Positions 32,287 to 41,355 of a stretch of 64,000 bases of DNA are shown one piece after another. The DNA comes from an uncultured Prevotella sp. GTDB taxonomy: Bacteria > Bacteroidota > Bacteroidia > Bacteroidales > Bacteroidaceae. A program made the position numbers and the translations under genes. The notes under the pieces were generated by a model. It was not told where the DNA came from, searched no databases, and saw only the letters and a list, made by a program, of their open reading frames with translations. The stretch lies in assembly GCF_937930345.1 (NCBI RefSeq), contig NZ_CALGLB010000031.1. One strand, written 5' to 3'. The first letter of the stretch is position 1. Every line of letters starts with the position of its first letter.

Positions 32287-33951
32287 TTATTGATTATTCT
32301 TGACCACAAAATTATCTGCAGTAAATCCAACCCGTGTTACCCAATCGCTACCCTCAAATGCAGTCTTCATGTCTGCATCTTTCACATAAATGGTTATCTT
32401 GCTCTTTTCGAGATTATAGAAAGGCGACTCGCTATCATTACCTGGAGTATAATTGAAGGTCGGTACAGCCTCGCAAAGAGACAGGTCTATGGTTGTCAAA
32501 GAACTGCACCCGACGAAAACTTTATTGTAGAATATACTGGTTTTCGGTCCGAATGATACGCTTGTCAAACTGCTACAATCGCGAAATAAGGAACCTTCTA
32601 TGCTGGCGACTTTCGTTTTACTCAAGTCAATCGTTTTCAGGCTTGTACAGCCCCCAAAAGAATAGAAACCCATTTCTTCCAGTGTGGATGGAAATGTCAC
32701 AGACTCTAATCCTGTACATTCAGAGAACACACTACCATTAACAAATGTACCAATCTTTGTTAACCCTTCGGGGAGCTTGATGGAAACCAATCCTGTTATT
32801 TGATAAAAAGCCTTGCCTGGAATGGAGGCGAGTATTGCATCCGTAAGGTCGAGTGAGAGCGTTGCATTGGTATTATCTGTCATATATTTCTTCAAGGCGT
32901 CAATGTCATTTTCGTTCATCGGGCCGGATATGGCAAGGCTTCCATCCGTACCGATAGCATCCGTTATCAATTGGGGATTTTCTGCAATCTGTCCTTCTTT
33001 GTATGTCGTAATGCTATGGTTGATATTATCAACTTTTGGATTATTCTGTTCCTCAGCTTCACCTTCTCCATTATCCTCAATAACAGACCCTCCGTCATCC
33101 CAGTTCTCTACCGTAACAGACGAGATGGTAATCATGTTCTTGCCCACCGTCAGGGCGTAGGTATAGCTGTTCGAGGCAGACAAAGCGGGTATGCCTTTCA
33201 CGAGAAGCTCCTTTGTGTCGTCGCTGTCGTCTGCCTTTACCGTCACGGAGAGGAACGTTTCCGACTCATTCAGCGTGGTAGGACTAAGCAGGGCGTAGAA
33301 CTTCCCGTTGTCATCCTTATAAGCATTTACTGCAATGCCGCCGGTTTTCGGTGTTCCGTTCTCATAACCGGACGTGTTGCCATGCACGGAGATAGCGGTG
33401 ACGCTGTATCCGGTCTTGTACTGGTCGAGGAACTTAATATCGCCGATAACCACACGTGCCATCTTACGTGTCAGATTGAGCGTTATGCTTCCGTCCGCCG
33501 AGGCCGGCTTGGTCTGGTCGCCGGAATAGGTCATGTAGTCGGCGTTCTCAATGGCTTCGAGCGAGTTTTGGTCTATAGGCACGTTGAAAGTGGTCATGGA
33601 GGCATTGTTCTCGCCAACCGGGTAATAGGCGTTGAAAGTGAGCGACGAGCTTGTCCACTTCAAGTAACCGCTTTCGGGACCTCAGTCCGCGCCTTCCTTC
33701 GTGTAGATTACGGCGTCCTGGTCTTCTGTTCCGACAGATATCCGGTCGCCGTCCTTGAATGCGGTCTGTTGTGTGTCATCGGTCGGAAAACTTCTGGTAA
33801 TCACGTTCTTGCCGGCCGTAGCGTTGACACGCACGGCGAGCGGGTCGTTTGGATAGGAGATATTCTCCAGGTCATCGTTGCTGCAAGCGGCCAGCAGGGC
33901 AAGCAGGGCAGCAGCTCCAAAATATTTCATTCTTTTCATTTGATATGTCAT
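32287..33951 (-). pseudogene. fimbrillin-like lipoprotein fused to a BspA-type leucine-rich-repeat domain (putative pilus tip adhesin), interrupted by one in-frame TGA
   Basis: ORFs 33682-33951 (lipobox LLAAC, pilin-like N-terminus) and 32287-33663 are in the same frame. They are separated only by the TGA at 33682-33684 plus 6 sense codons (GPESGY). C-terminal LRRs include ...FSECTGLESVTFPSTLEEMGFYSFGGCTSLKTIDLS.... Confidence 0.6.
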
Positions 33952-33969
33952 TTTGTATGTTATATGTGT

Positions 33970-34938
33970 TTATTCAGTCTCCAAGTTCCCGTTGTCATCG
34001 GTTGTCCACTCGGAAGCGGAAATATTTTCGATGTTCGTGATGTCTTTGCCCACAAGCAGGTTAAGCGTATAGGCGTTGCCTTCTTTGAAGGCAAATTCCG
34101 CATTGTTATAGACAAAGGTGCGTTCATCATCGACAATGACGGTTATCGTGAAAGCCGCCGACTGCGGCACAAGGATGGCTTCGGCACTCTTGCTGTAGCC
34201 TTCAACGGCAGCGTCGGAGAGCATCATGCTGATTTCCGATTTGCCGCCTGTGGCACTCACGCTGCCACTGGTAAGGTCCATAGTGTATCCGGTCTGGGTT
34301 TCACCCAATGTGACGGAGTTCAGCGAGGGTGTTGCACCATTCTGCGTCATCTCCGTGCCGTAGCGGATATTCACTGTCAGCTTGCTCAGTATATGCCCCA
34401 TTCTTACGTTCAGCTTCTTGGTGTCGGTATCATAATAAATGTCATTTCCTGTCTCCGGTGCATTGGGCGTGACACTGGCGGCGGCGTAGAGTACGTCCGA
34501 CTTTCGGCCGTTCTCTTCGATTGTCTGGTCCGATTCCACATTTCCGGTAAACTGGTTACCCAAATTGGTATTTTCGTTATATGGGGCGTATGCCGTCACT
34601 TTGACAGGGGTGGACTCGTTTTGCCTGAGCATCAACCACGGGGTAATCTTGTCGTTTTTATAGGAAGCCCATATGCCGGAATCGTCCTTTTTCATATACA
34701 CGTTGCTGAATGTGTAGGTGGAGTTGCCCGTGTTCTCCACGAACAGCCCAAATTCTGCCAGCCCGTTTTCGGCATAGCCTACGGCACGGGTCTGCATATT
34801 GTTCACTCCGGCTTCCAACCGAATCACGTTGTCATCGGGCAGCACGCTTTGCTGTGTACCCGTAAGCTCGTCGTCGTTCGAGCAGCCTGTCAGCACTGCG
34901 GCGGCAAGGACTGCAAGGGTCAAAATGTTTGCTTTCAT
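33970..34938 (-). CDS. fimbrillin-family (type V pilin) lipoprotein
   Basis: Lipobox VLTGC, and an Arg processing-site context NNMQTR-A at residue 51. The beta-rich 322-aa length is typical of FimA/Mfa1-superfamily pilins. Confidence 0.7.
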   Translation of the reverse strand: MKANILTLAVLAAAVLTGCSNDDELTGTQQSVLPDDNVIRLEAGVNNMQTRAVGYAENGLAEFGLFVENTGNSTYTFSNVYMKKDDSGIWASYKNDKITPWLMLRQNESTPVKVTAYAPYNENTNLGNQFTGNVESDQTIEENGRKSDVLYAAASVTPNAPETGNDIYYDTDTKKLNVRMGHILSKLTVNIRYGTEMTQNGATPSLNSVTLGETQTGYTMDLTSGSVSATGGKSEISMMLSDAAVEGYSKSAEAILVPQSAAFTITVIVDDERTFVYNNAEFAFKEGNAYTLNLLVGKDITNIENISASEWTTDDNGNLETE

Positions 34939-34991
34939 CGTTATTATGGATATTTATTGTGTTACATATATTCCTGTTTGTTGCCTGGCAA

Positions 34992-35888
34992 TCAGTCCAG
35001 CGCTTCACCATCGCCGATGGTTTCCCCTTCCTTCCAGTCTTTCACCGTTACGCTGCCCAGTTCTATGCGGTCGCGTCCCACGATGAGATTGACGGTTGTA
35101 TATTCTCCACGTACCAAAGGGATGTCGGTGGGATGCGTGTAGGTGTAATTCTGTCCGGCTATGGACACGGATATGGTGTTGAAGCCGGTCTGCGGTATCA
35201 TGACGGAGGCATAGCCGAGGGCGTACCCGTCGGCAGGGGTGGAGCCGGGAAGGACGATGTCCCGCCGGTCGACGCCGGTTAGCGTCTTGGACAGATAATC
35301 CACCGTGGCGGATGCGGCTACCGACACGGCTTTTACCGCCGTTACTTCGGGCGTTCCGCCCCATTGGTCGCGGAAATTGAGGTTCACTATGAGTTTTGCC
35401 ATCACATGTTCGAACGTCAGCGGAACCGGATTGCCGGAGGCTTTCAGCCCTTCGCCGTCTGTGCCGGTCTGTACGGCCACGAGCAGGTCGCTTGCCTCCT
35501 GGTCGGCCACGTCGAGGGTATAGCCGTCCGTCGTGAAATTGGTCACGTCGCGCTCGGGGTAGATGCCGAGGAAATAGTGCGCCGAACTCATGTCCGCCCA
35601 TAGCATCTGCGGGTCGGCAGTCCATGCGCTGCCGTCGAATGTGTTCACCGAATTATCAACCACCAATGCGGAGGGTACGGCATCGGCACTGCCCGTCCAC
35701 GCATATACACTGATGCGGTCGTCCGGCACAAAGGTTGTAGTTACACCGTCGGTCACGGTGCGGGTCATCGGCCCGACCGAAGCGGAAACGGTGATGTACT
35801 TTGCCGGAGCATTGCCGGGTTCATGGTCGTTCGTGCAGGCCGTCAGTGCAAGGAGTGCGGCTGCAACGGATAACATTTTCTTCATCAT
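34992..35888 (-). CDS. fimbrillin-family (type V pilin) lipoprotein
   Basis: Lipobox ALTAC, and an Arg processing-site context GPMTR-T at residue 43. Confidence 0.7.
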   Translation of the reverse strand: MMKKMLSVAAALLALTACTNDHEPGNAPAKYITVSASVGPMTRTVTDGVTTTFVPDDRISVYAWTGSADAVPSALVVDNSVNTFDGSAWTADPQMLWADMSSAHYFLGIYPERDVTNFTTDGYTLDVADQEASDLLVAVQTGTDGEGLKASGNPVPLTFEHVMAKLIVNLNFRDQWGGTPEVTAVKAVSVAASATVDYLSKTLTGVDRRDIVLPGSTPADGYALGYASVMIPQTGFNTISVSIAGQNYTYTHPTDIPLVRGEYTTVNLIVGRDRIELGSVTVKDWKEGETIGDGEALD

Positions 35889-35920
35889 AATTCTGTCTCT
35901 GTTTTATTTTTATTCGTTAA

Positions 35921-36817
35921 TTATATTTCGGGGTTAAAAATATCGCCGCTCGTACTCCAGCCTTCGCCCCAGGGGTTAATGTCGGTGGCGGTGATATACA
36001 TGTAGGGCTGCATCCTGTCGTATTCCAATGCCAGCTCGTAGCGTTTCCCGGCAAGCATCAGGGGAGCTTCCGCCGTGTATTCATGACGGGAGCCGTCGGC
36101 AAAGGTCATGACCAGGTAGAGCAGCGTGCAGGTTTCGCCCTGTGCCGTCGGCATCAGACGGGCACCGGCCGAGATCGTCCCCCCGTCGGCAACGGCTTGA
36201 GGCAGGTGCGCCTCGCTCTTTTCGGCAGAGGGTACGATATAGCTGTTGTCGTCGTCCTGCCGTGCCGGATAAAGGCAGGTGGCGGCATTGCGTACCGTGA
36301 CGGCAAGCTCTGCCCCTTCGGGCACGCCGTCGATACGGACGGTAAGCTCTGCCAGCAACGGAGCGACACGGATGACGGAGCGGAGGTTGACCCCGGTGTC
36401 GGTCACTCTCACCCCGGCCACGCCACCGACGGCGTGTGCGGGCGAAGCCGACGGGTCGGCAAGCGAAACGCGCAGCATGTCGGCTGTCCGGATACCGCCT
36501 TTGTAATCATACCGGTACGGCTCTGTCAGGCCGCAGACGCCTACAAGCGTATAGTCGCCCTCCGGCAGGCTGAACAGGCCGGATGCCAGTTCTTGCGGAG
36601 AGGAAAACTCGTGCGCTTCCACTTCATGCCCCTCCGCATCGTATATCCACAGGTTTACCGGACTTGTGATGTCGGTCGGCTCGATGTCATCAAGCCATTC
36701 CATGCCGACGGCAAGGCCGTGGCTTTCATTTTCGTGTATATCTTTGTCGCAGGAAGTCCATAGCGGCAACAGCATGAGCAGGGATACATACAGGTAATGT
36801 CTGATTGTCTTTTTCAT
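35921..36817 (-). CDS. FimB/Mfa2-like pilus anchor/terminator lipoprotein
   Basis: Lipobox LWTSC, about 300 aa, first pilin-like gene of the operon. Its start overlaps the upstream stop (ATGA). Confidence 0.55.
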   Translation of the reverse strand: MKKTIRHYLYVSLLMLLPLWTSCDKDIHENESHGLAVGMEWLDDIEPTDITSPVNLWIYDAEGHEVEAHEFSSPQELASGLFSLPEGDYTLVGVCGLTEPYRYDYKGGIRTADMLRVSLADPSASPAHAVGGVAGVRVTDTGVNLRSVIRVAPLLAELTVRIDGVPEGAELAVTVRNAATCLYPARQDDDNSYIVPSAEKSEAHLPQAVADGGTISAGARLMPTAQGETCTLLYLVMTFADGSRHEYTAEAPLMLAGKRYELALEYDRMQPYMYITATDINPWGEGWSTSGDIFNPEI

Positions 36818-38073
36818 CGTCTGTCCTCCTTTCTTTCCTTGTCTGTCACTTCGGCACGGCGGGCTTTCTCCGCGTCCTTCTCGTTCACGTCGCTGCCGCG
36901 TCCTACGGCTGTAATGCGTCCGGCTGCGATGCCGCGGCCTTCAAGCCACTGTTTGACCGCTTCGGCGCGTCGGATGGAATAGCGTTCGTTTACGCTCCGG
37001 CTGCCACGGGTGTCGCACCAGCCCGTCACGACTATGTGCATGTCGGGATGTTCTTTCAGTATGCCGAGTATCGCTTCGAGCTTGGATGTCTCGGACGGAC
37101 GAAGCGAAATGCTGTTGAAATCGAAATAGACAGTCGGGAATACAAAATCGGTTTCGGTTGAATTGTCTGCTACCGTGACAACAGTTTTCTGTGCCGTACT
37201 GTCCGTGACGGTCTGTTCGGGTATTTCCGCCGGGGCTGTTTCTACGGCATTGTCCCTCTCATCCTGCAGCTGACCGGCAGATGTCGGGTAAGCAATGCCG
37301 TGGTCTGCTTTCTTTCCGCTTTTCTTGCCGAACGCGAAACTGACACGTATGCCGCTCTCCCATATATAGTTGGCTTTGTGCCCGCTCTTGGGAAGTCCGT
37401 CCATGCCGTCGCCCGTAAGGTAAGTGACACCACTGTAAATGCCGACACCTATACCGCAGGCAAAACGGTATCCTGCCTGAATGTTCCCGCCTGCACCCAG
37501 ATGCCATTCTGTATTTTCCTTGCATGCTTCTTTTCCGCCGTCAAGGGTGGACAGGGAGGCTTTCGTGCCAACGGCTGCCAGCAGGGGCGACACCTCCACG
37601 CTCCACCGGCTTTGACGGGTGGACGGGAAAAAGCCAAGCACATCGGCATTGAGCTGCAAACCGTAGCGTTGCGTCGTCACACTGCTTTTCAGGCCGGCAT
37701 AGTCCCAGCCTTCCATTCCGAGTACCGGAGCATAATAACGGACACCGTCCGAACCAAGCCAGTAATTGCCGGAGATACAGCAATCCCTCTGGCTCATGCT
37801 CATTTTCCCGAAAATGGCCTGAGCCTCCAATGAAAGTACCGGATTGAAACGGTAGCCTCCGTAAACTCCGCCGCTGAATCCCGCACGGGTCTTGTCGAAA
37901 CCGAAACTGCTGAACTGGCTCACACCGAAGGGTACGCCACCTTGCAGACCCACATACCAGCCGGGAAATTTGGTATTTTCAGAAGCATCCTGGGCCATGA
38001 GCGGAGCTGCACAGAGCAGGATGCAGAGTAACAGAATATAGTTCCTTTTTTTCATATTATAGGTCATTATCAC
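36814..38073 (-). CDS. OmpA-family outer-membrane protein (N-terminal beta-barrel plus C-terminal peptidoglycan-binding OmpA domain)
   Basis: Signal peptide, then the OmpA_C motif block VYFDFNSISLRP...VVTGWCDTRGSRSVNERYSIRRAEAV...AVGRGS. Confidence 0.8.
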   Translation of the reverse strand: MIMTYNMKKRNYILLLCILLCAAPLMAQDASENTKFPGWYVGLQGGVPFGVSQFSSFGFDKTRAGFSGGVYGGYRFNPVLSLEAQAIFGKMSMSQRDCCISGNYWLGSDGVRYYAPVLGMEGWDYAGLKSSVTTQRYGLQLNADVLGFFPSTRQSRWSVEVSPLLAAVGTKASLSTLDGGKEACKENTEWHLGAGGNIQAGYRFACGIGVGIYSGVTYLTGDGMDGLPKSGHKANYIWESGIRVSFAFGKKSGKKADHGIAYPTSAGQLQDERDNAVETAPAEIPEQTVTDSTAQKTVVTVADNSTETDFVFPTVYFDFNSISLRPSETSKLEAILGILKEHPDMHIVVTGWCDTRGSRSVNERYSIRRAEAVKQWLEGRGIAAGRITAVGRGSDVNEKDAEKARRAEVTDKERKEDRR

Positions 38074-38083
38074 TTGATGCTGC

Positions 38084-39241
38084 TTAAATGGAAGAACCGA
38101 TTTTCTTCTCCTCGATTCCGTCGCATTTCAGTTCTTCTTCAAACTCCGAACGGGCACGTGACTCGTAACGGAAAAAATTATTATAGTACGTGTTCCAGTA
38201 TTGCTCCACCAGTTGCAGCCGGTAAAGGCTGGCTGCGGATAAAGAATCGAATTTCCTACAGATCAGGACACGTATGTTCCCATCGAGAAGAATCCTTTTT
38301 TGATGTTCTCCCTCAGTGGTAAGCTGAAACTGGTAACGGGTGGAATGGCAGCGGCGGCTGACAACCACGTAATAAGGACGCGCGTCGGCAAATATCCCTC
38401 TGCCTTTCTGTATCTGACTGCAAATCCTCTTTGCCCGGTCAGTAGTCATTTCGCGGGGACGATACCAGAGATATTCACACCGTTCATGTTCATCTCCCCG
38501 GATTGCCGGATGAAAACGGCATACTGTCTTCGTCAGACTGAAAATAATCAACGCCACACCATATACGAGAATACAGACTTCCTTGTTTTGCCATAGGGAC
38601 CAGAGCAGGGTTACCGAACAGACAGGATAGGCCAAAAGGTACAGGCTTTCCGGATACATTTCTTTCAGACCGACATGTCCGGTGTATTCATAATCAAAAC
38701 GTTTTCTATAAACCCGTATATAATCGTAAACGAGAAAGGTGTATGCCAGCAAATTATAGGAAAGTACCGTAAAACGGTATATGGAAGAATCTAATAGACC
38801 GGCAACGTATGGCAACCATAGAAGAGGTATCAGGCATAGAGCCGCTGTAACTTTCCACATGCTGAATCCGGTAAGGCGGTCGGCATATTCAAACGGATCG
38901 TTGTATTCCTGACGCATGAACAGGATACAGGATACCTGACAGGCAGGAAGCACAAGTGACATACTGTCGAACCACTGTCCGGGAGTTACCGTTTGGGACA
39001 GGTTCTTGTCCAGCAAGGTAAGCAGTGACATTGCTCCCACAAACAGGACAAGGAGGGAGAAGATTATTTGCATTCCGCGTCCGGGATAGTCGTAGCGGAA
39101 CGGACGTTCCAGATAGTCCACATCAGGACGCATCCAACGGGGCATCCATGAAGTATTGCTGTAATCGAGCGTAAACGGAAACGCTGCCAGTCCGCCCAGC
39201 AACAGGAATATACTTGCTATAATGGTTATTTCGGTATTCAT
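38084..39241 (-). CDS. polytopic membrane protein with a soluble C-terminal domain of about 130 aa, function unknown
   Basis: 385-aa ORF with about 7 hydrophobic helices, 10 nt upstream of the OmpA-like gene. Confidence 0.5.
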   Translation of the reverse strand: MNTEITIIASIFLLLGGLAAFPFTLDYSNTSWMPRWMRPDVDYLERPFRYDYPGRGMQIIFSLLVLFVGAMSLLTLLDKNLSQTVTPGQWFDSMSLVLPACQVSCILFMRQEYNDPFEYADRLTGFSMWKVTAALCLIPLLWLPYVAGLLDSSIYRFTVLSYNLLAYTFLVYDYIRVYRKRFDYEYTGHVGLKEMYPESLYLLAYPVCSVTLLWSLWQNKEVCILVYGVALIIFSLTKTVCRFHPAIRGDEHERCEYLWYRPREMTTDRAKRICSQIQKGRGIFADARPYYVVVSRRCHSTRYQFQLTTEGEHQKRILLDGNIRVLICRKFDSLSAASLYRLQLVEQYWNTYYNNFFRYESRARSEFEEELKCDGIEEKKIGSSI

Positions 39242-39577
39242 ACGACTTTTGTTTTAATGGGTTAAACGGGGCATACGAATACGGAAAAGGGCGGAAAGCT
39301 CCCGTAAAAAGGAGTTTCCACCCTTGCATGTATTGATGATAATAAGTATATTAACGCGCGAAGATACGCCGGTCGCAATGTGTGTACACAAATCTCACAC
39401 ATATCCAAATTTACAAGACACTTTTTTGAATACAGGTATATGCACGATGCAGCGGACAACGGAATGTTGCCTGAACAGATTGCCATATTTCCTGAAATGT
39501 GCTGTAAATCAAAATACATTGTCATTCAATTATTAAATCCCGTTTGCAAAGTTAGCGGATTTTAACGGAAAGTGAGA

Positions 39578-39661
39578 GGACAATCTTAGAAAATTTGAAG
39601 GACAATTCAAGGAAAAATGCTCATAATGAGGGACAATTCAGGGAATTTCCTTAAATTGTCC
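39578..39661. repeat. four copies of a GGACAAT(T/C) box (three direct, one inverted), with a 15-mer core GGACAATTCARGGAA
   Basis: Copies at 39578-39584, 39600-39614, 39631-39645 and inverted at 39647-39661. The last two form a 31-nt imperfect palindrome spanning the AraC-type gene stop. Confidence 0.5.
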
Positions 39662-40777
39662 TTCTGTGTTCTTGTCCTGCATCCCGGATTTCAGGTTTCG
39701 GCTGTAAGTCCTTACATTGGAAAAACCGCAATGTGTAGCAATTTCTTCACGGCTTGCCGAAGGGTGTTCTTCCCGGTATCGGACAGCGGCCTCAATCCTG
39801 AGCCGGTTCAGTTCCTTATAAAAGGAACCGAAACGTTCTTTCATGACAATGGATACATATTTCCGGTTGCTCTTTACCGCATCTGCCAGTTCGCCGATTT
39901 TCAGGTTCGGATTCAGGTAAAGCCTGTCCTCGGTCAATGCTGCCCGTATTTTCGCTTCCAGTTCATCCTTGGCATCAACAGACAGCAGGCTGCTGCCGCT
40001 TTCCTGATCTGACAGTACCGTTTCTATTTTCTCCACTATGAGTTCTTCCGTTTCTTCTACCACCTCCCGATATTCTTTTCGTTGCGGATGCAATATCCGT
40101 ATCAAAAGTACGATGTGCATGACAGAAATGACCAGCTGGAACCACATGTTATAATTATGGTCGCCTGTAAAAAACAGCCACCATGCGGCTCCCAGATACA
40201 GCACCGGCATGAATACGACAAAACCGGCAAAACGTACCGGAAAATCTTCACTGTTGGAATATTCTTCCTGCATGTGTAGGCGAATCTGGCGCAACAGCCA
40301 GCTTGTGGTATGCAACAGCATGGCTGTAAGCAGCAGGGAATATCCTCCGATAAGGAGAAGAAGCATATCACGATGGCGGTAGAGGGTATCTCCACCAATC
40401 CAGCCGTATATCCAACAGACCAGTATAATGACAAGAGGAATGATACCGGACAATACAAATATCAGTCTGCGGTGTCTTGTCTTGCTGAAGAAAAACCGGC
40501 GGAACGACAACACGCCCGCACCGGGCAACAGCAGCATAAGAAAAACACGCATAAAGAAGTATGCGTCCGGGCTGTCCATGCGGAAAAGCCATACCACAGG
40601 CAAGGCAAAACAGGCATAGATAATTGTGATGAGCTTGCGGGCCGGATAAAAATAGGTTTCTTCCTCGTCAAACGGACGGCACATGTGGAAATAACGCACC
40701 AACGCACAAAACAGTGACGTAACGACCAGTATCAGGCAGGATGCCGCATAATATATTTCAGGACCTTGTATTATCAT
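39638..40777 (-). CDS. membrane-anchored AraC/XylS-family transcriptional regulator
   Basis: About 240 aa of TM helices, followed by the HTH_AraC region ...IGELADAVKSNRKYVSIVMKERFGSFYKELNRLRIEAAVRY...IATHCGFSNVRTYSRNLK. Confidence 0.75.
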   Translation of the reverse strand: MIIQGPEIYYAASCLILVVTSLFCALVRYFHMCRPFDEEETYFYPARKLITIIYACFALPVVWLFRMDSPDAYFFMRVFLMLLLPGAGVLSFRRFFFSKTRHRRLIFVLSGIIPLVIILVCWIYGWIGGDTLYRHRDMLLLLIGGYSLLLTAMLLHTTSWLLRQIRLHMQEEYSNSEDFPVRFAGFVVFMPVLYLGAAWWLFFTGDHNYNMWFQLVISVMHIVLLIRILHPQRKEYREVVEETEELIVEKIETVLSDQESGSSLLSVDAKDELEAKIRAALTEDRLYLNPNLKIGELADAVKSNRKYVSIVMKERFGSFYKELNRLRIEAAVRYREEHPSASREEIATHCGFSNVRTYSRNLKSGMQDKNTEGQFKEIP

Positions 40778-40893
40778 TTCGGATTTCTAAAAATTTTGCG
40801 AATTTACAAAAATCCGTTCGTATTAGGCCTCTAATCAGAGCTTTTTATCATCTAACCCCCTTATTTTTCATATGTATGTCAAAGAACAATGGA

Positions 40894-41355
40894 TTATTTC
40901 TTTATTTTTATGGCTTTTACTAAATGAAGCTCCTTTATACCGAGTTTACGAAGTTCGGGTGAATGCACATAAATGACACCGACCTCATAAGTGTCGGGCT
41001 TCACATGAAAACTGTAAAGCAGATAACCGGTATATGGCTTGACAAGCAGGCACGCATGGTAATGATACTTTCCGTCACTCACCGGAAAAATATACTCTTT
41101 CCCGCACAGACACCTGAAAATGCCGTAGGCTTCGTCCTCGCTGAACACACGAACCATCCTGATGTCCGTACGGTTGCGTGTATAGGGCTGACCGATGGCC
41201 TTGCCGTCCGGGAAAAGGACGGCAAGGATGCTGTCGGAATCCCCTTTCTCCGACGCAAATGACCTGATGTCGCCTGCTGACAAAGCAAGCGACATCAGGA
41301 TAAACATACGCAGGACAGCGTAAAATACCGGATTATTTATACTTTTTGTACGCAT
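40894..41355 (-). CDS. small secreted protein, last gene (H) of the LytTR-linked cassette
   Basis: With a start at 41355, the N-terminus MRTKSINNPVFYAVLRMFILMSLALSAGDIRSFA looks like a signal peptide. The start is ambiguous (the long ORF begins at 41502; another ATG is at 41307). Confidence 0.4.
   Translation of the reverse strand: MRTKSINNPVFYAVLRMFILMSLALSAGDIRSFASEKGDSDSILAVLFPDGKAIGQPYTRNRTDIRMVRVFSEDEAYGIFRCLCGKEYIFPVSDGKYHYHACLLVKPYTGYLLYSFHVKPDTYEVGVIYVHSPELRKLGIKELHLVKAIKIKK

Noticed and set aside
33682-33684. In-frame TGA as selenocysteine or a genetic-code reassignment
   Set aside because: I saw no SECIS-like hairpin immediately downstream on the coding strand. TGA appears as a genuine terminator of neighbouring genes (for example the OmpA-like gene at 36814-36816). 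Bacteroidales are not known to recode TGA. A pseudogene, sequencing error or switch is more parsimonious.
32971-35142. 723-aa plus-strand ORF, the longest ORF in the pilus region
   Set aside because: It is antisense to three lipoprotein pilin genes that have clear lipoboxes, processing sites and LRRs. Its translation is Arg/Gly/Val/His-rich low-information sequence, typical of shadow ORFs in GC-rich DNA, and it has no domain-like pattern.
35005-35625. 206-aa minus-strand ORF in an alternative frame of the 34992-35888 pilin gene
   Set aside because: The extremely Arg/Pro/Gly/His-rich translation indicates an off-frame reading of GC-rich coding DNA. The overlapping frame encodes a bona fide lipoprotein pilin.
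36083-37833. Several 70-226-aa ORFs on both strands over the Mfa2-like and OmpA-like genes
   Set aside because: Same shadow-ORF signature. The annotated frames carry the lipobox and OmpA_C motifs.
38074-40893. Invertible (phase-variable) promoter for the pilus operon
   Set aside because: I looked for flanking inverted repeats of the Bacteroides invertase type around the intergenic regions 39242-39637 and 40778-40893. I found only short hairpins (for example ATGTGTG...CACACAT at about 39380-39405) and no nearby serine or tyrosine invertase gene.
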